This document shows, piece by piece, positions 21,945 to 33,364 of a stretch of 61,801 bases of DNA. The position numbers and the translations under genes were made by a program. This stretch comes from an uncultured virus (IMG/VR IMGVR_UViG_2061766007_002667). Taxonomy: Duplodnaviria > Heunggongvirae > Uroviricota > Caudoviricetes. The stretch is from IMG/VR virus record IMGVR_UViG_2061766007_002667, one strand, 5' to 3'. Each line of letters begins with the position of its first letter. Position 1 is the first letter of the stretch. The notes under the pieces were generated by a model, which worked only from the letters and a program-made list of their open reading frames with translations, searched no databases and was not told the origin of the DNA.

Positions 21945-24232
21945 ATGATACCACAAAAAATTAAATTAACAAAAACAATAAAAAAAGAAATAGATAAAAA
22001 AGAAAAACCGATNNNNNNNNNNNNNNNNNNNNNNNNNNNNNNNNNNNNNNNNNNNNTAATACGTATATGTACTCCTGAAGTTGAAGAAGATTGCAGTTGT
22101 CAAGATAAATTACGTGGTATTATGGTATCAAACCAAAAACTATGTGATTATGAAAAATTAGTACTAGNNNNNNNNNNNNNNNNNNNNNNNNNNNNNNNNN
22201 NNNNNNNNNNNNNNNNNNNTTTATCATTAAAAGATAAATATGATTATTTTTTTACAATAGTTAAATTATTAAAAAGTATGAAGAGTGCCTATTTTTGGAA
22301 TATTATACCAAATTTATCTGAAAAAATATTTAATATTGAAAAAACATTAGGTACATACACTGAAATTTCAAATCTTTTGGAAAATATGCGCGCTGATAAA
22401 CGTAATAATTTAACACTTGATGAATTATTTTCTTGTCAAATTTTTTGTGATACACTAGAAAAAGAAAAAGACAATCTTATTAAAAAAGTAAGTACATGGT
22501 TAGAAAAAATTAAACATAAAAAATTAAAAAAAGCAGAATATACTAAAAATTTAGAAACTCTTTTAGAAGCTTTTGGAATAAATGACGATTTAATTAAACA
22601 ACNNNNNNNNNNNNNNNNNNNNNNNNNNNNNNNNNNNNNNNNNNNNNNNNNNNNNNNNNNNNNNNNNNNNNNNNNNNNNNNNNNNNNNNNNNNNNNNNNN
22701 NNNNNNNNNNNNNNNNNNNNNNNNNNNTTTAATTCAAATGAAGAAGAAATTCGTATTAATTTAAACTATTATCTTAAATATATTTGTTTATTGTCCTACA
22801 GAACACCAGAAGAACTTTTTGAAAAATTAACACCAAAATTAAGAAAAGTTGATTTAACACAAAAAGACTTTGAATATATTACTCAATATAAGTATATAAA
22901 ATCAATCTTAGAAAACAATTTAAAGAAAAATAATAAAGGTATAAATATTTTATTATATGGTGAACCAGGGACAGGAAAAACAGCCTTAGCGAAAGTATTA
23001 ATTCAAGATATAAAAGCTAATGGTTTTGAAATAGAAAATACAAAAGAAATTACTAATTTTAATGAAATATCAATAAGAAATGGCGAAAAAGAGATAAATG
23101 CAAAAAGAAAATCACAACTTTTAGCTGCATTAAANNNNNNNNNNNNNNNNNNNNNNNNNNNNNNNNNNNNNNNNNNNNNNNNNNNNNNNNNNNNNNNNNN
23201 NNNNNNNNNNNNNNNNNNNNNNNNNNNNNNNNNNNTGGACTACAAATTCATTAACTTGTATGGAATCTTCATTTTTAAGACGATTTACATATACCTTAAA
23301 TGTTGATCAATTACCACGCAATACTTTTAAAAATATTATTAAAAAGCTTNNNNNNNNNNNNNNNNNNNNNNNNNNNNNNNNNNNNNNNNNNNNNNNNNNN
23401 NNNNNNNNNNNNNNNNNNNNNNNNNNNNNNNNNNNNNNNNNNTTAAATAATTATAAAATTTCACAATCCAAAGATTTTAAAGACTTCGAAGAAGATCTTT
23501 TGAATTCATTAAAAAGTCAAAATCATGGTGAATCTGTTAAAAAAATTAAAATCAAAAGACCTGTAAAATTTGATGCAAATCTTTTAAATACTTCTGATGA
23601 TTTAATTGAATTTACACAAAACATTAAAGCTTTAAATAGAAGAGATTTTAGTTTGCTCTTATATGGANNNNNNNNNNNNTTACGCAGACTATTTAGGTGA
23701 ACAATTAAATATGCCAGTAATTAAGAAAAAAGCAAGTGATTTAGAAAGTATGTGGGTAGGTGAAACTGAAAAAAATATTGCAAAAATGTTCGATGAAGGA
23801 AGATTAAACAAAGCCATTATTGTTATAGATGAAGGTGATCATTTTATTTCTGATAGAGCAAAACACTTAAGAACATGGGAAACTAGTAGAACAGAAGAAA
23901 TGCTTCAACAAATTGAAACTTATGAATATCCTGTTATATTTACAACAAATCTTATGCAAAATATTGATAAAGCAGCCATGAGAAGATTTACATATAAAAC
24001 TGAATTTAAATATTTAACACCAAAACAAGTANNNNNNNNNNNNNNNNNNNNNNNNNNNNCGGAATTACCAAAAGACTTACATCTATCAAAACTATGTCCT
24101 GGTGATTTTGCAACTGTATTAAAACGTGCAGAATTTGGTAATTATACTGATAATACTACACGATTATATAATGAATTATATGAAGAAATGTGTATTAAAA
24201 AAGAAGAACAACAATCAAATATTTCTTTTTAA
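21945..24232 (+). CDS. Double-AAA+ ATPase (joined across gaps)
   Basis: LLYGEPGTGKT and FLRRF; second module LLYG...ASDLESMWVGETEKNI, IDEGD, TTN, AAMRRF. Confidence 0.85.
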
Positions 24233-24237
24233 ATAAA

Positions 24238-24261
24238 AAGGGACCAAATTAAAGGTCCCTT
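24238..24261. terminator. Hairpin between convergent ATPase and sheath genes, probable terminator
   Basis: AAGGGACC-N8-GGTCCCTT. Confidence 0.65.
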
Positions 24262-24279
24262 AATATTTTAATTANNNNN

Positions 24280-26292
24280 NNNNNNNNNNNNNNNNNNNNN
24301 NNNNNNNNNNNNNNNNNNNNNNNNNNNNNNNNNNNNNNNNNTTCTGCCGTATATGAAGGCCATAAGTAAATATCGACTACTAATTGGTTATTTGAAATTA
24401 CAGCAGGTGTATTATTAGATTCATCACAAATTACTTGATATCTTTGAATACCTTCTGCAGAAAGAATTGTATTCAAAAAGCTGTTAAATTGTAATGTAAT
24501 TTGCATACGTTCATACGCTGTGTTGTTTTCAAATAAATGCCATCTAGCAGCATCACGTAATACTGTTTCAATATAAATAACTGTTCTTGCAACATTAATT
24601 CTATCTAATGCTGAAGGCTTAGCTTGACATGTTCTTTGACCCCAGTTAACATAACCCGCACCAGGATTACGAATAATGCAGTTAATTTGATTATCTGTGT
24701 ACAGAATACCACCAGTTACATCATCATAATATTGTGTTAAACCTGTCGGACTAACAATTGAACTTGTTAATACGCCACGATTTAAACCAGCAGGAGCAAC
24801 CCAAGGATCATTTGTACCCATAATTTTGGCAACATAAGCAGAAGGACACATAACAAAATTTGCACGACCTTGAATTGCATCATATGTTCTTATCCAAGGA
24901 GCACAAATAGCACCGCGGTAAGAATTAAAACCTTGAATATTTTTTCTCCAATCTGCTGCATCTTCATATTCTGTTTCTGTCATAGGAACATCAAACAAAC
25001 AAAAACAGTCACGACGAGCTTCGGCAATTTCTAACATTTTAGCTTGGACTGATGTGTTGTTTTTAAGAACATAACCATCATTAACAAGTAATGAAACATC
25101 AATACCTGAACGATCACGATATAATTCCCAAGCATTAACAATTGCTTTATATTTCTCTGTTGTACTAAAAACACCTGAAGAACCACCAAGTAACGGAACT
25201 TCTTTTACAAAAGCCGGAACAATAACAGCATCAGGATCGACATCCGTAAAGTTATTATTAACAAATACTTCAATATAATTAGAAGAACCATTAATCACAT
25301 CTTCAATATAAGTTGAATTACCATAACTATCTTTGTTAGCATATAAAGTACAATATTCAAAAGTTTCAAGTGTTTGTGTAACACGACCAACTTTTTCTAA
25401 TACAGAAACTGAGAATGTTGTTTCATTTTTAACAGGATAACGACCAACACGTGCATTTGCTGAAATATTTTTCAACTGAGCGCTTGTTAAATTATATTGG
25501 CCATCAATTCTATAACTAACTGTAACTAATTTTGTTGTTGAATCATATGACCAATCATCAGCGAGAAATGTACCATTGAAAATATCAACTAATTCACCTT
25601 CTTCATTTTCAACAGAACCCATTCTTTTAANNNNNNNNNNCCATTTCTTCAAAAATGTTTGAATTGGTATTCAAGGTTAAAGTAACGAGTGTTGTATAAT
25701 CTTTTGATTCATCACTTGATTCACCTTCAACTTTTAATGACATAAGAGAAACAGGATATGCTCTATATTCATTAATCGTACTATCAGCAATGGTAACAAA
25801 AAACTTACGATTATTTGGGTTTGTTGCTGTAACAATAAATGCATTATCAAAATCGTTTTCAGCAAATAATCCAGAAGCTGAGCCAGAATCACGTGATGTT
25901 TCTGCTGCAGTAATTTCTTCATACCAATAACCATGACCTTCTTTTGGAGTAGCTGTTGTAGAATCTGTTACAAAATTTGCAGACGCCCATGAAGCATCAT
26001 CAATTCTTTCTTCTTCCGGAACATAAGGATCACCAACTGGAACAACACGAACGAAATAATTTTCTGTAATTGTTTCACTACACACACCTAAAGAATAACC
26101 AGCCCAATCATATTTACTAGAAATTGAACCAAATTTATTTACATAATCCTGCAAGCTAGTAACCAATGTAGGTTTAAATACTGGACCATACTCAGCTAAA
26201 CCAACGTGGGCCGTTGCTGTGGTTGTAGCATTTGCGAGAACACCACTTAAATCAGTAATACTTGGGTAAATTCCCGGAAATTTATATGCCAT
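24280..26292 (-). CDS. Tail sheath protein (T4 gp18-like), joined across gap; stop in gap
   Basis: MAYKFPGIY, GPVFKPTLVTS...FG, RRDCFCLFD, PWVAPAGLNRG, WGQRT...SALDRINVAR, LFENN, VICDESNN. Confidence 0.95.
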
Positions 26293-26325
26293 TATTATAT
26301 ATCCTCTTTAAAAATTTACTTATTT

Positions 26326-26474
26326 ATTATAATAGAACTTTTTAAACAGATATAACAAAGCGAAACCTACATTATACTATTTATAAATTCTTTCTTATAG
26401 ATAGAACTTATGCGTTTGTAGATTTTATAATGGGAAAAAATTATTTGAGTTTTGTTATTATTATAATATAGAAC
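26326..26474 (-). promoter_or_regulatory. Three tandem putative late promoters upstream of sheath
   Basis: TAGAAC (rc GTTCTA) at 26333, 26402, 26469, each followed on the minus strand by an AT-rich tract. Confidence 0.65.
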
Positions 26475-26493
26475 ATTTAAATGATATAAGAAG

Positions 26494-26519
26494 AGGGTCT
26501 AAGAAAAATCCTAGACCCT
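26494..26519 (-). terminator. Stem-loop terminator after the 26550..27886 gene
   Basis: AGGGTCTA...TAGACCCT. Confidence 0.6.
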
Positions 26520-26549
26520 TGAAAGGAAAACAAAAATGATAATATTTTA

Positions 26550-27886
26550 TTAGTTAAAATAACGTTTTGTAAAGCGTTTAGCATCACCTGTTTCAGCAAT
26601 AAAGTTATCACAATCAACAGATTCATTAAATGCAGCAACGTATTTACCATATTTGCTATCAAAACATCTCACGCATTCTTTAAGTGATTTACTATCAAAT
26701 GTAGAAACAATATTAGCAATAACGCTTTCTTTCAAACCAATATAATTCAAAACACGTGAAAGTCTTGCGTAATCAGCACCAGTTTTAGCAGATGTTTCAT
26801 AAGAACCCAAAGCTCTTTCAACACATTCTTTAACTGAACATGATTCAGCAGCCATGGCAGCAGGTTCATTCAAATGAGCATGTAATTCTTCATATGTAAC
26901 CGGCTTATCAGCAGCACCGTAAGCAGCAGCAGCTTCAGCACCAGGAGTAATAAATTGATTATAATATGGATCACCAGTCATATCATACATATCAGCGGCT
27001 GCCCATTTAGGATCAACACCTTCTCTCTCATCAGCATCAAGAACTTCTGCCGGAGATTTACCAGCAAGCCATTCATCAAAATTAATTGTTTCATCTTCAC
27101 CAACCAATTCATCATCTGCTTCACTAACAAGATTTTCAGGAGCAGTATCAAAACTATCCATAGCTTCAACTGAATCAAATTCATTTTCTAAGAAAAGAAT
27201 ACCAGAATTAGCAGTCTTATTATAAGCACCAATCACTTTACCAGATTCTGACAAAGCAACTTCACGATCACCAGGTTGAATTGAACCATTTAATTCTGAA
27301 ACACGAGCTGCAAATTTGTTATAATCAATCATAGATTCACGCATAATACGATCAGCTTTCATAACACGCATATTAATCGGAGCATCATCTGATTCATCAA
27401 CCAAAATTGATTCACACACAATGAATTTTTCAGGATTCATAACATTTTTACTGAATTTAGCATATTTAGCTTCAACAGATTCTTTTTGTTCAACATCTAA
27501 TTCAGCAACTTCAACGTTATCACCCTCTTCATCAGCTAAATTGTCAATAACATCATCAACTTCTTCACCATCCATGACAGCATCTAAAGCCGGTTTTTCA
27601 ACAAATTTAACATCAGATAATTCATCGGCCGAAACAACCACATCGGCAACTTTTTGTGCTAATTCAGGATCAGCAATTACAACACAAGCGGCTTGACCAG
27701 CAGAAAGAGCTAAATCGCCATCTTTATTACCGATTTCGATTTCTTCNNNNNNNNNNNNNNNNNNNNNNNATCTTCAGCTTCAAGAATTAATTTCTTTGAA
27801 ACAATCCATTTTTTACCTTCTTTTGCAGATTCAAGCAGTTTAGCATAACCACGTCTTGCTGCAAAACGATTTAAAAATTTTGCCAT
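26550..27886 (-). CDS. Abundant acidic head-associated protein (core/internal protein candidate), joined across gap
   Basis: Start MAKFLNRFAARRGYAKLLESAKEG at 27886 with AGGA RBS; many (L/V/M)xE motifs; motif at 27966. Confidence 0.5.
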
Positions 27887-28020
27887 TTATATTTTATCCT
27901 TTAAAAAATTAAAATTTATTTTATTATGTAAAAAACTAGAATGTATNNNNNNNNNNNNNNAATAATAGAACCTTCTTTTTAATAAATATCAATCCTTTAT
28001 TTATTTTCTTTTATTTAACT

Positions 28021-29121
28021 GTGAACTAGTGCTGAGCTAAAGACTCAGCATCTTTTACGCTTCTACAAAGTTACTTTCAGTCTTTTTTGAAGACTTTTTC
28101 ACTTCTCTGCGTTTGTTATCCTCCGTTCCAGAAGATATGGATTTCAATGACAATCCATAAGTTAATATGTTTTTAGCTGCATTTATATCTCTATCATGTA
28201 CTGTTCCACAATTTGGACAAGTCCATGATCTATCGGAAAGTTTTAAATCTTCTTTTTTCCAATTACAAACAGAGCATGTCTTAGAAGATGGATAGAATTG
28301 ATCAATCTGTATAATATCACAACCTTTCCATTTTCCTTTATATTGCAGCATATTAACAAAACTATACCAACTAGCTTCTCCTATTGCTTTAGCAAGTTTA
28401 TGATTTTTCATCATGTTTTTAATTTTCAAACTTTCTAAGCAAATAGTTTGATATTCGTTTGTTAGTTTATTACTAAGTTTATGTTGAAAATCTAATCGAG
28501 AATTGACTATCTTCTCGTTAAGTCTAGCTATTCTTAATCTTAATTTTTCTTTTCTTTTTGAATTTTTTTGCTTTTTAGAATAATAGTGTTGTAATTTTTT
28601 AAGCTTTTTTATTTTTTTGGAAACAGAAAAAGAATATTTTGTTCCATCTGATAGTGTTACAAAATCTTTAATTCCTAAATCTATTCCAATTTTTCCTTCA
28701 CTTGTTTGTTTATATTTATTTTCTTGTTCAACTAAAATAGAAACAAAATATTTTCCTATAGGTGTTTTGGAAATAGTTAAAGATTTAACTTCTCCAATTA
28801 TTTCTCTATGAAATTTACATTTTATTTGTGATTTAAGCTTTGGAATAATTATTCCTTTTTCTAATATTTTAAAATGCTGTGGAACACAAAACGATTGATA
28901 ATTTTTCTTTTTCTTAAACCTAGGAAAAGCTGTTTCTTTTCTAAAAAATTTTAAATAAGCAGCGTCTAAACATTGAAGAGCTTGCTGACAAGTTTGAGAA
29001 TTTATTTCTTTTAACCACTTAAACTCTTCTTGCCCTTTCATTAATTTCAACGCTTTTGTTTGGGCATAATAATTATCAGATTTTCCAGTTTCTTTAAACT
29101 GAGTATCTCTTTGATTCAAAA
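28021..29121 (-). mobile_element. IS200/IS605-family element (probably tnpB-only); left end hidden in N gap
   Basis: Right-end hairpin TGCTGAG-N7-CTCAGCA (28030-28050) followed on minus strand by CTAGTTCAC terminus at 28021. Confidence 0.8.
28055..29121 (-). CDS. tnpB: RNA-guided endonuclease TnpB (5' end in gap)
   Basis: FPRFK, GIDLGIK (RuvC I), CLESL (RuvC II), SSKTCSVC...CPNCG Zn finger, HDRDINAAKNI (RuvC III). Confidence 0.95.
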
Positions 29122-29626
29122 NNNNNNNNNNNNNNNNNNNNNNNNNNNNNNNNNNNNNNNNNNNNNNNNNNNNNNNNNNNNNNNNNNNNNNNNNNNNNNN
29201 NNNNNNNNNNNNNNNNNNNNNNNNNNNNNNNNNNNNNNNNNNNNNNNNNNNNNNNNNNNNNNNNNNNNNNNNNNNNNNNNNNNNNNNNNNNNNNNNNNNN
29301 NNNNNNNNNNNNNNNNNNNNNNNNNNNNNNNNNNNNNNNNNNNNNNNNNNNNNNNNNNNNNNNNNNNNNNNNNNNNNNNNNNNNNNNNNNNNNNNNNNNN
29401 NNNNNNNNNNNNNNNNNNNNNNNNNNNNNNNNNNNNNNNNNNNNNNNNNNNNNNNNNNNNNNNNNNNNNNNNNNNNNNNNNNNNNNNNNNNNNNNNNNNN
29501 NNNNNNNNNNNNNNNNNNNNNNNNNNNNNNNNNNNNNNNNNNNNNNNNNNNNNNNNNNNNNNNNNNNNNNNNNNNNNNNNNNNNNNNNNNNNNNNNNNNN
29601 NNNNNNNNNNNNNNNNNNNNNNNNNC

Positions 29627-30216
29627 TTTTAAAAAAATTTGCTTGGCTTTTTCCTATTTTTGTTGTAACAGTTGGTATATTTTATTATATTAATCTTTTT
29701 GAAAGAATTTATGCCCGTGATTTAAATCGTCAAATTATTGAAAAAAATCAACTCATAACACTTATCGAAAATTTATCTGAAACAGAAGATGTTAAAAAAA
29801 CTGTTATTACTATGGATGGTTTTGAAAATACATATACTTATCTTTTAGAAGATGAGGGACATCTTTCAGAAATATATCATTCTTCTAATTGCCTTTTTAG
29901 ATCAAAAATACATCCACACGAATGTAAGGAGCTAAAAGATTTAATTTTAACTAAAAGAAGAGGTAGTTTTCAAACAGAACATGAAACAGAAGGAAAAGTT
30001 ACTTGGGAATACAGACATTTTACTGTTAATGGAGAAAAACTTTTAGTAATAGCTGGTGTTACAAACTATCAAAATGATCCTATTGATAAAGAATTACAAA
30101 TTTCTATCGGCATATTACTTTTTATTACAGCTTTACTTAACTGGGCACTTGTTGGTTATGCAAAGAATATGCGTTCTAACATAATAACAAAATTAAAAAA
30201 CGAAAGGAAAAGATAA
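29627..30216 (+). CDS. Two-TM membrane protein with extracytoplasmic domain, directly upstream of holin (start in gap)
   Basis: Frame open upstream of the ORF call: FAWLFPIFVVTVGIFYYI (TM1), ~130-aa soluble domain, ISIGILLFITALLNWALVGY (TM2), basic tail. Confidence 0.65.
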
Positions 30217-30217
30217 A

Positions 30218-30582
30218 ATGGATAACCAATCTCATGAACCAGAGATTTTAATTGCAATAGCTTGCTTTTGTGTAGCTCTTTTTGGCGGTGTTGCAAGAGA
30301 ATTGTCAAATTTTGAATCAGTATTTAACAAACGTAGATTTTTTTCTAATATATTAGTTTCAGGATTTTGTGGCTTACTTGTTGGATTAGCAGCTCCTGAG
30401 TTTGAACATAAAAATTTANNNNNNNNNNNNNNNNNNNNNNAATGGGTATTTCAGTTATTAATTATTGCGGTGATCTTTTAAAAGTAATTTTAATGCATTT
30501 AGCTGGTCATATTAGTGGTCATGAAATAAACCATGAAGATTTAGATGCTGTTAAAAAGAAACAAGAAAACGAAGAAGAATAA
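30218..30582 (+). CDS. Holin (LydA/superfamily III-like), joined across gap
   Basis: ALFGGVAREL, ILVSGFCGLLVGL, MGISVI; three hydrophobic segments and charged tail KKKQENEEE. Confidence 0.75.
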
Positions 30583-30608
30583 AATTTAATGTTTTATATT
30601 AAAAAATT

Positions 30609-30637
30609 AAGACTGCCCATAAAAAGCAGTCTTTTTT
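30609..30637 (+). terminator. Rho-independent terminator after holin
   Basis: AAGACTGC...GCAGTCTT followed by T-run. Confidence 0.7.
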
Positions 30638-30876
30638 ATATTATATAGATTTATTTNNNNNNNNNNNNNNNNNATTCATCTAACCCATAATCTTCTTTTT
30701 CGCTACTACTAAAACTCTTTTCAATCCATTCATAAGTTGCCGAATCATAATTATAAACCGTGCATGAAGAGATTGATACAATATCGAGTAACCTCGGTGT
30801 GTCGTAGCTGTTGTCAGGCATTAACACCACACTTTCATCACCGTTTACGACAAAGTAGTTTAAGATAGAAAAATAA

Positions 30877-30889
30877 GTTCTATATAATA
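30877..30889 (+). promoter_or_regulatory. Putative late promoter upstream of spanins
   Basis: GTTCTATATAATA. Confidence 0.65.
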
Positions 30890-30910
30890 AGTATTTTAAG
30901 GAAAAATATA

Positions 30911-31219
30911 ATGTTTAATATGAAAATAAAATTGATTATATATACTGTAGTTTTATTTTTACTTGGTTTATTTTTTNNNNNNNNNNNNNNNNNNNNNNNN
31001 NNNNNNNNNACTACATCAGAATTATGTTTAGCTCAAGATAAAATAAAAGCATTAGCTGAAGAAAATACACGCTTGGTAGAATATACATTAAAAAAAGACG
31101 CTGAAATAAAAGATATAGAAAAAGAGTATCAAGAAAAATTAAAAAATATTCCTGCTGATTCTTGTGGTGATGTTAAACCATCTAAAGAACTATTAGCATA
31201 TTTGAGAGGAAATAAATAA
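30911..31219 (+). CDS. Inner-membrane spanin (Rz-like)
   Basis: N-terminal TM, coiled coil, C-terminal Cys; precedes a lipoprotein gene. Confidence 0.7.
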   Translation: MFNMKIKLIIYTVVLFLLGLFFXXXXXXXXXXXTTSELCLAQDKIKALAEENTRLVEYTLKKDAEIKDIEKEYQEKLKNIPADSCGDVKPSKELLAYLRGNK

Positions 31220-31220
31220 A

Positions 31221-31451
31221 ATGAAAAAACTTTTATTGCTTTTTATTTTAATTTTATCTGCATGTACCTTTTCCAAACCAACTATCATAAGTACAAATAA
31301 CTTTATTCAAACAAATTATGATTATAATTGCTTAACAAATGATAAAACCTTTACTGAAATTATTATTTGTTATCAAGCACAAGATAAAGCAGAGAAAGCT
31401 CAAAATAAAATTACTAATGAGCTTATTCAAGAAACACTTAACGTTAAATAA
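31221..31451 (+). CDS. Outer-membrane lipoprotein spanin (Rz1-like)
   Basis: MKKLLLLFILILSAC lipobox, small size. Confidence 0.75.
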   Translation: MKKLLLLFILILSACTFSKPTIISTNNFIQTNYDYNCLTNDKTFTEIIICYQAQDKAEKAQNKITNELIQETLNVK

Positions 31452-31452
31452 A

Positions 31453-32344
31453 TTAATTTTCTGATAAGACAGTCTTAACACTTCCGCTTGCGTTGTTTGC
31501 GATGTTTCCTAAAGCAAAGCCCATATAACTGTCTGCTTTCGGTATTTGTATTCCTATTTCATAGGCTTTCCATACAGGATAACCGTTGCTTAAAAACTGT
31601 GTATCGCCGAGATATATCGTTCCACGCCAATACATTGTATCAATCCAAATTAAACTGCCAATATCAACAAAAGAGCCTGTTTGTGTTAAAGGTGTTGTGG
31701 ATTGATAAGGGGAAGAAGATACTGTTTCGGTAGGACTTAATTGNNNNNNNNNNNNNNNNNNNNNNNNNNTATCGGTGGAATACATCGCATAATATTCCGT
31801 GCTTGTCCAACCGACTTTTAACCAGTAATCTCCGTCACTTGTTAATGGTAAAACAGAAGGGTCTGTTCCAAGTGAAGTTTGCCCTATAATATCAAACAAT
31901 AAACTCTTTTTTGTGGNNNNNNNNNNNNNNNNNNNNNNNNNNNNNNNNNNNNNCTGCTTCAGAACCTGTATCGCCAGACCATAAAAATTGATTTGTTCCG
32001 CCTGAACCATACCAGCTGTTCACATAATGAAAACCTGTTTGAAATTCCCATGGTTGAGAAAAGTCAAATTGTTTAATAATTTTAAGATATTTAGATTGGC
32101 TGAAACTTGTTGCTGTCTTGTTTGTATCATTGATGGTCGGCGAACCTTGCAAATCAAACTGTCTGTATGAATATTCCGTTACGGGCAAAATAGAATAGCC
32201 ATTATATACAGGCTCAACAAAAACCTTATCACCTGAACTAATGGTCAAACCTGTCTTATTTGTAGCTGTTATAATATCTCCTTTATTACCAGCAACACTC
32301 GTAGGAAGAGCTTGATTACCACCAATATAAAGATATCCTAGCAT
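31453..32344 (-). CDS. Fibre/receptor-binding protein 1 (MxGYLYIG family), joined across gaps
   Basis: Shared N-terminal peptide; beta-rich module YWLKVGW...YSTD. Confidence 0.6.
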
Positions 32345-32354
32345 ATCAAATTCC

Positions 32355-33326
32355 TTAATTAATTATAATTCTATTTGTTCTACCATCACCTTCTACGGTT
32401 AAATTCATTCTAATCATTTCAATATATGATTGTGGTAATGGTTCATCTGTAATACATGACCAAATATTAATATTAAAAGCAGTACCATAAATATAACCTT
32501 CGCCTTTTAATTTATCTTTAGAAAGTGGATATTTACTAATATTTGGTATACCAAAAACGGTAAAAATTTGATTTTCTGCTCCTTTTATTGTAGGTGATGA
32601 AAACTTATGCCAAATTTGTCCATCTGCACACCTTAGCATAAATTTATCACGTAAATACTGTATTTCATCTCTATTATCACAAAGAATAGTAGCAGTATAT
32701 GTACCAGTAATTGATTTTGCTTTATATTTATTAGCAATCTTATCCGGAGTTAATTGTTTAACATCATTAATGTTAAACTCAACATTATAATATTTAAGAT
32801 TTTCACCTTGTTCTTTAATAACTTCACCATTTATATCAACATAACAATATAATTGATTATCATAAGTATGTAAATCTGCTATTTTACCTTTTAATCCACG
32901 ATATTTTGACATATCAGTAATAACAACTTCATCACCAACTTCCCATTCTGAATTTTCTATAGGTAAATCTAAATACCATTGACGATATCTATTACCTGTA
33001 CCCCAAAATACTGTTTCTATATCATTTTCCATATAAGCAAGTAAAGGATATGAAATATCTGTACCTTTTTCTTTATTTATATTTTTACGTAATAAATAAG
33101 TATCAAAGATTTCTTCAGTTGTTAATTCGTCTACTTGAAAAACACGAGCTTCATTCCATAAATAATCTTCATCTTTTTCTGCCCAATTACCTTGAATACC
33201 TGATTTATTACGAGGATCAGCAATTCTCATTTGATTAATAAGTATAGATTTTAGTGCTATATCTATTTCATTTAATGAGCTATGAAATCTAGAATTTGAA
33301 GGTATTTTTAAATCAATAGTTGGCAT
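32355..33326 (-). CDS. Putative tail completion/terminator (gp15-like) protein with KOW-like insert
   Basis: YPLLAY and TYTATILCDNRDEIQYL patterns; VGDEVVITDMSKYRGLKGKI; motif at 33356. Confidence 0.4.
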   Translation of the reverse strand: MPTIDLKIPSNSRFHSSLNEIDIALKSILINQMRIADPRNKSGIQGNWAEKDEDYLWNEARVFQVDELTTEEIFDTYLLRKNINKEKGTDISYPLLAYMENDIETVFWGTGNRYRQWYLDLPIENSEWEVGDEVVITDMSKYRGLKGKIADLHTYDNQLYCYVDINGEVIKEQGENLKYYNVEFNINDVKQLTPDKIANKYKAKSITGTYTATILCDNRDEIQYLRDKFMLRCADGQIWHKFSSPTIKGAENQIFTVFGIPNISKYPLSKDKLKGEGYIYGTAFNINIWSCITDEPLPQSYIEMIRMNLTVEGDGRTNRIIIN

Positions 33327-33364
33327 AGTGAAACTCTTTTATTTCTTATAGATATTAGAACTTT

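Noticed and set aside
19457..26520. Shared AAGGGTCTAGGA in the hairpins at 19457 (+) and 26520 (-)
   Set aside because: Only two copies, both explained as terminator stems; not enough to call a repeat family
26550..27886. Major capsid protein
   Set aside because: Size fits but it is very acidic and lacks recognisable gp23/HK97 motifs
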